64,000 bases of DNA from Verrucomicrobiota bacterium (lineage in GTDB: Bacteria > Verrucomicrobiota > Verrucomicrobiia > Limisphaerales > AAA164-E04): positions 4,288,001 through 4,352,000 of the forward strand of contig CP170459.1 of the NCBI GenBank assembly GCA_047947115.1, given 5' to 3'. Under the pieces are notes generated by a model that had not been told where the DNA came from, did not search any database, and saw nothing but the letters and a program-made list of their open reading frames with translations. Position numbers and translations under genes: made by a program. This document shows positions 58,873 through 64,000 of this stretch, piece by piece. Position 1 is the stretch's first letter. Each line of letters opens with the position of its first letter.

Positions 58873-59862
58873 TCACTCACCGTCCTCATATTTCACATTG
58901 GCCAGCAATAACTCCACACATTCCAGCGCCGTGGTGCATGTTTCCAAATCATATTGAATAGCCCCACCCTGTTCCGCTCCGCCACCATGACCGGTCAACT
59001 CGAGCAGGACATATTTCTGCTTCTGATCGGGTGCGATGAAAGCGGTGTAAAGTACAGAAGGTTGCCCGAGGTGCTTGTCCTCATAATGTTCGTTGGGATC
59101 TCCCGGGCGATTGACCTCCACACAAAGCACGAATGATTTATCTTCACCCAACACAAGATACTCGTCCAATGTGAATTTATGACTGCTGGTCGCACCGGTC
59201 ACAGCGTCCACTTCACCCAATGGGTTGACCCCCGATACCAAAGTGTAGCGATGCCGCCAAATCGGTAAGATCTGATGACGAGGGGTAGGTTCCCCTCCCC
59301 AATCGGGCGTTTCTTCATAGGCAAGCAATGGGTCGATATACAAGGTCTCGATCATCGAGCCCGAACTGGTTTCAGCCCACACGGCAACCGACGCAGGGGG
59401 ACCGTCCGATTCAGAAAGCTGCACCCTCAAAGAAACCATCACGTCCACATCTTTTGCAGGTTTGCGGGCGATCACCTTGACGCCTTCCCCTAGATCATCA
59501 TGCCCCCCCCACGGAGAGGATCGCACAATGGTCGCCCGGTGCCGGGCTTCATAACCCTGGTCGATGAGAAGGGAAACCGGATTCATTCCCTTCCACGCAA
59601 CCCAAAGAAGCCCACTCCACACGATCGTCAATGCCGTCAACTTTCCGTAGCCGAAAAATGACTTCTCCGACTTGCGAAACGATCTTTTGAAGTATCGCAG
59701 TCTGCTGAACAAATGGCACCCCACCAAAAAAACGGTCAGGAAACCAAACACGATATGAATACGCGTCGTAATCAGCGAAAACGGCTGAAAGAAACTCAGC
59801 ACCCCGGAACATGCCAGGGTGATGAAACAAAACAGCAATCCAAAATTAACGACATGTTGCAT
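58873..59862 (-). CDS. Hypothetical membrane protein (three N-terminal TMs with His pair, soluble DUF2271-like domain)
   Basis: RIHIVFG...GCHL; VAVWAE..G..IETLY, LPIWRH, VDAVTGAT, GQPSVLY. Confidence 0.55.
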   Translation of the reverse strand: MQHVVNFGLLFCFITLACSGVLSFFQPFSLITTRIHIVFGFLTVFLVGCHLFSRLRYFKRSFRKSEKSFFGYGKLTALTIVWSGLLWVAWKGMNPVSLLIDQGYEARHRATIVRSSPWGGHDDLGEGVKVIARKPAKDVDVMVSLRVQLSESDGPPASVAVWAETSSGSMIETLYIDPLLAYEETPDWGGEPTPRHQILPIWRHRYTLVSGVNPLGEVDAVTGATSSHKFTLDEYLVLGEDKSFVLCVEVNRPGDPNEHYEDKHLGQPSVLYTAFIAPDQKQKYVLLELTGHGGGAEQGGAIQYDLETCTTALECVELLLANVKYEDGE

Positions 59863-59964
59863 GACTCATCCGATATCGGTGTTCTCATACACCCCAAAAT
59901 GAAATGAACCTTCGAGCTTCGCAAAGCAAACTCCGCCACTGATCCGACCTTGACCGGAGCGAGG

Positions 59965-61791
59965 CTAACCCAAGCCCTTTTCGTATCCGATCAATGTCTG
60001 CAACTCTTTGATGTGCTGGCTCCCGATTTCTCGAGGCTCCTTGCCATATTTCTTGCAAAGGGAGGCGGCATAGCCGGTCGCAATCCCCATTTGACCGCAG
60101 GTATTCATCACACGAGGTCCGGCCAGTCCAATATGGGAACAACTGAAACAACGACCCGCCATCATCATGTTGGTGATATCCCGGGAATACATGCTGCGGA
60201 ACGGCAGGTAATAGGTTCCTCCCGGATTGCGGAAAAGAGCCTTTGATAAAAAGTCCTGCTTGGAACCGGTAAGTTTCAACTGGTAATGCGAATCCACACT
60301 GCGTGTTTCCTCAGCCACAGTATCAGGAAAGGTTCGACGCTCCGTCATATCTTTCATCGTGTAAAGGTAGTCCCCCATGATTCGACGTGACTCACGCTTT
60401 CCGGCAATGTGGGCCACCCACTTCAATTGCACGGTGGCGTTCTTTGGGTGCCTTTTGGCATTTGAAAACGAACCATAGATGGCACGCAACACATGATCCC
60501 GAATCTTCTCGGCATCGTGGATCTGATGCAGATCGTTGTCGGAATACTCCCAATACCATTCTCCCTGAATGGCTTCGTGGCCATTGGCCACCGGGAGCGC
60601 CCAGGGTACCTGGGGAAAGGTGGAACGCTCATTGGTGCGTTCGGTGTTCCAAAGAACACTGGATCCCATCACGCGGTCATCCGCTTTCTCAGGACTCCAA
60701 AGATCACCATGAGGATCCCAGCTTTCTTCGTAGTCGTGTCGTGACTCACGCCCGTAACGACACTCGGCGCCCGCCCAGAAACCCAACCATCCGTCACCGG
60801 TGGCATCGATGAAAACAGGAGCCTTGAAGCGCCGGATGATTCCTGATATGACCTCGCGCGCCTCGACACTGGCAATGGTGTCACCATCCTTTTCGAGCCC
60901 GATGGCGATATGATTGGCAAATCGCCGCACCCCGGATGCGGACATTGCCTTGTCACGTTTGCCCTGATCCTTGATGGCATCCGCGTCACCGTTAGGATAG
61001 TGTTCGGTATCGATCTGTTTGAGAATACCTTCACCCTTACCGTGGATTCCCTCCGTATGCACACGAATCTCGTGACTGGCGTTTCCGCCAAAAACCGGAC
61101 GATCCTGAATCAGAGCCACATTCAATCCCTGAGAACGAGCGGACAAAGCAGCCGCACACCCAGAAATCCCTCCACCGACCACCACCAGATCAAATTCCTG
61201 TTCCTCAACATCCAGTTGATCCCGACCTGTCAGCTTGTCCTTCCAGGCGGCCAATTCCACGAGATCATCATTAGGCAGACGGGGAGCATGCTGTTGCGTA
61301 AAATAAACGGCATCGCAACGACCGTCGAACCCGGTGAGGTCTTCCAACTCAACACTCACATCTCCGGCACGCTCAACTTCGATGCTTCCGCCTTGCTGCC
61401 AATGCCAGGATTCATTGGCGGCACCGAATACAGGCTGCAGGACAGTGCCGTTCACATGGACGCGAAACCTGCCTGGAGATTGCCATTCCCCGGGGCACCA
61501 GTCACGGGTTCGAACAAACACATGCCACTTGCCAGCCTTTGGCAACGTGACCGTGGTCTGGGCATTCTCAACCGGCATTCCCATGCCGTGGGCCAACAGG
61601 TATGAACCGCCCATTTGCTGGTAATGTTGAGTGTCCAGCTTCCAGCCACCATCCTTTTCAAAAGACGCAGCTTCGGCCAAAACGCCGTCCGCATCAAAAG
61701 CGTCCACGGAAGCTCCAAAAGCATACCTCGGCGCCAAAACGGAAGACAAGCCAACGCCGCCCACAACACGGATAAATGATCTACGGTTCAT
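59965..61791 (-). CDS. Tat-exported FAD-dependent oxidoreductase
   Basis: MNRRSFI twin-arginine signal, DLVVVGGGISG, GGNASHE, FIDATGDG, KRESRRIMG, PRVMNTCGQMG. Confidence 0.88.
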   Translation of the reverse strand: MNRRSFIRVVGGVGLSSVLAPRYAFGASVDAFDADGVLAEAASFEKDGGWKLDTQHYQQMGGSYLLAHGMGMPVENAQTTVTLPKAGKWHVFVRTRDWCPGEWQSPGRFRVHVNGTVLQPVFGAANESWHWQQGGSIEVERAGDVSVELEDLTGFDGRCDAVYFTQQHAPRLPNDDLVELAAWKDKLTGRDQLDVEEQEFDLVVVGGGISGCAAALSARSQGLNVALIQDRPVFGGNASHEIRVHTEGIHGKGEGILKQIDTEHYPNGDADAIKDQGKRDKAMSASGVRRFANHIAIGLEKDGDTIASVEAREVISGIIRRFKAPVFIDATGDGWLGFWAGAECRYGRESRHDYEESWDPHGDLWSPEKADDRVMGSSVLWNTERTNERSTFPQVPWALPVANGHEAIQGEWYWEYSDNDLHQIHDAEKIRDHVLRAIYGSFSNAKRHPKNATVQLKWVAHIAGKRESRRIMGDYLYTMKDMTERRTFPDTVAEETRSVDSHYQLKLTGSKQDFLSKALFRNPGGTYYLPFRSMYSRDITNMMMAGRCFSCSHIGLAGPRVMNTCGQMGIATGYAASLCKKYGKEPREIGSQHIKELQTLIGYEKGLG

Positions 61792-61912
61792 ATGCATGGT
61801 GAAAGCGATTATACGCAACAACCGCCCCCTGCCCAGTGGAAAAATTCAACAGCCACCATTCTCTGTTTCCCCCGGCTGGACATGTCACAAGTATGTATTC
61901 TATTTTTGAATC

Positions 61913-63259
61913 ATGAGATCACATTTTCATTTGATCTGGCATTGCTTTGCCTTTTTGTTTGCGGTTCTACTCGACACCAACGCCGGGCACCCCATCCAGG
62001 CAGACAGACCAAACGTCGTGCTGATCATGGCTGATGACCTCGGTTTCCATGACCTCGGTTGTTATGGACATCCGGAAATCAAAACGCCTGCCCTTGACGG
62101 ACTCGCCAAAACCGGTGTCCGGCTCACCAGTTTTTACAGCGGTGCCACGGTTTGCACTCCATCAAGAATGGCCCTTCTTACAGGCGCTTACCCTCCCCGG
62201 CTGGGTTGGACAAAAGGCGTGGTGGGTTACATGATCAAGATTAGTCAGGGCATGTCTCCTGAGGCATTGACCATGGCGGAAGTGTTTAAATCCGCTGGTT
62301 ATGCAACGGGTCTCTCAGGCAAATGGCACCTTGGCGATGATGAAGCATTTCGTCCGCATCGACAGGGATTTGACCGCACCTACTATGCCAACAAAAGCAA
62401 CAACCAAACCACTCAGCTCTGGTGGAATGACGCAGTGGTTGAAGATCCATTTGACAACCGGCTCCTGACCGAACAATTCACACACGAAGCCATCCGCTTC
62501 ATTGAAGACAACCGTCACAAGCCATTTTTCCTCTACCTGCCTTACACCGCCCCACATTTCCCGGTACAAGCTCACCCAGCTTTCGAGGGACATTCGACAT
62601 TTGGCGCTTATGGGGATGTAGTGGAAGAACTGGATACCCGAATTGACAGCATACTCGACAAACTGAGAGAAACCGGTCTAAGCAGCAAAACCATCTTGGT
62701 CTTTCTCTCCGACAACGGCCCGCAACCCGGTGAACAAGCACGGGCCAAACCCTTTCGCGGAAAAAAATGGGACGCCCTCGAAGGAGGCACACGGGTTCCG
62801 TGCATCGTTTCATGGCCAGGCGTGTTGCCTGCGGGAACGGAATCGGATGCCTTGATGGCAGCGATCGACTTGTTTCCCACCCTGAGCAGGGCTTGCGGGG
62901 TGAAGTTGGCAGGCTTGACGCACAACATGCCTTACATCGACGGAGTCGACGTCTGGGATACATTGATGGGGCGAAAGCACGTGGAACATCCGCGAAAGCA
63001 TCTCCTCTATTGGCATGGAGCCAATGGATTTCAAGCCATTCGCCAGGGAGACTGGAAACTGTTCCCCGATGCGACCCATGCAAAATTGCCAGGAGCACAA
63101 AGGGGACCTGCATTGTTCCATTTAAAAACAGACCCCGCCGAAACCAACAACCTGGCATCCAAACATCCCGATCGGGTGGACCAAATGCAAACCCTGGCCC
63201 AACAAAGACTGAAGGGGATCATGGAACACCAACTCCCTCTCGGGGAATCACTTCCCTGA
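61913..63259 (+). CDS. Formylglycine-dependent sulfatase (S1)
   Basis: PNVVLIMADDLG, CTPSR, GKWHLG, YTAPHFP, SDNG, EGGTRVP. Confidence 0.95.
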   Translation: MRSHFHLIWHCFAFLFAVLLDTNAGHPIQADRPNVVLIMADDLGFHDLGCYGHPEIKTPALDGLAKTGVRLTSFYSGATVCTPSRMALLTGAYPPRLGWTKGVVGYMIKISQGMSPEALTMAEVFKSAGYATGLSGKWHLGDDEAFRPHRQGFDRTYYANKSNNQTTQLWWNDAVVEDPFDNRLLTEQFTHEAIRFIEDNRHKPFFLYLPYTAPHFPVQAHPAFEGHSTFGAYGDVVEELDTRIDSILDKLRETGLSSKTILVFLSDNGPQPGEQARAKPFRGKKWDALEGGTRVPCIVSWPGVLPAGTESDALMAAIDLFPTLSRACGVKLAGLTHNMPYIDGVDVWDTLMGRKHVEHPRKHLLYWHGANGFQAIRQGDWKLFPDATHAKLPGAQRGPALFHLKTDPAETNNLASKHPDRVDQMQTLAQQRLKGIMEHQLPLGESLP

Positions 63260-63334
63260 CCGGACACAGAAGACGGATTGACATCATTACAGGGAAGCTT
63301 ACGTTTTCATCCATCGTCTTAAGGAGCACAACAC

Positions 63335-63907
63335 ATGAATACCATTCGATCATTCAACTATTGGGCCATCGCACTGGTTGCGGGCATTTGTATCGCCACT
63401 TTCAATCAGGCGGAAGCCGCCAAGTTTGGCTTTGGCAAAAAGAAGGACAAACCATCGATGGAAGAGCAGATCAAAGCTACCATCGAGCGCTTCAAAGAAA
63501 AGGATCCCAGTCTGGAAAAACGATTCAAGGAATCGGTGGGTTACGCGATTTTCCCAAAGGTTTACAAAGGGGGCATCGGCATTGGCGGAGCCATCGGTGA
63601 CGGTCAGGTCATCGAAAAAGGCAAACACGTCGGCGACACTTCACTCAAACAGGCCACCATAGGATTTCAGTTGGGCGGACAAGCTTACAGTGAAGTCATC
63701 TTCTTCCACGATCAGGAAGCATTGGATACATTCAAATCCGGCAATTTCGAATTCGGCGCACAAGTTTCCGCTGTCGCAGCCAATGCCGGAGCCTCGGACG
63801 ACGCCTCTTTCGATCAGGGCATGATGGTCTTCACAGTTGAAATCGGAGGATTGATGTACGAGGCCACGGTCGGCGGCCAGAAATTCTCTTACAAGGAAGC
63901 CAAATAA
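63335..63907 (+). CDS. Secreted SYLF/YSC84-domain lipid-binding protein
   Basis: GYAIFPKVYKGGIGIGG..G.G, GFQLGGQ, GGLMYEATVGGQKF. Confidence 0.85.
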   Translation: MNTIRSFNYWAIALVAGICIATFNQAEAAKFGFGKKKDKPSMEEQIKATIERFKEKDPSLEKRFKESVGYAIFPKVYKGGIGIGGAIGDGQVIEKGKHVGDTSLKQATIGFQLGGQAYSEVIFFHDQEALDTFKSGNFEFGAQVSAVAANAGASDDASFDQGMMVFTVEIGGLMYEATVGGQKFSYKEAK

Positions 63908-64000
63908 TCCCGGGTTTTCAACTTGTCCTATGGGTGGCTTTGCCGAATGATAGACACATGCATCATCCTGGCTCCGATCCCATCAAATCGACCACGCTCT

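Noticed and set aside
59965..61791. Phosphonate amine oxidase replacing PhnW
   Set aside because: Tat-exported member of a different FAD-oxidoreductase family, far from the phn genes

Overview
Mostly ordinary chromosomal genes from a bacterium that is probably in Verrucomicrobiota; this is inferred from a perfect TGTTC-N4-GAACA SOS box and from gene style. Housekeeping and metabolic genes include purE, hldD, phnA-phnY phosphonoacetate catabolism with a DUF5690-like membrane protein, iscA/hscB/hscA, dnaG, myo-inositol oxygenase, an SSS symporter with a GH20 hexosaminidase, mrp/gamma-CA/larB/larC/ethanolamine permease, two-component genes and a sulfatase. Five elements stand out. (1) A single 1542-aa ORF fuses an apparently active Y-family (DinB) polymerase to an apparently active DnaE2-type C-family polymerase, directly behind a sigma70 promoter overlapped by a LexA box. 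(2) A decaying integron cassette array with no integrase (33.1-37.6 kb) has 4 full and 1 half attC sites, three toxin-antitoxin cassettes and two pseudogenised genes. (3) An unannotated ~240-nt structured transcript candidate lies between a sigma54 promoter and a cUUCGg terminator. (4) A LamG / truncated sigma54-activator chimera has its own sigma54 promoter and a 40-bp palindrome, and is bracketed by TTAGNNN heptamer arrays. (5) Two GTAG-type REP families are present, and a ~21.7-kb inversion may have split iscA-hscB from hscA. No rRNA, tRNA or CRISPR array was recognised. All family calls come from motif recognition by eye, not database searches.
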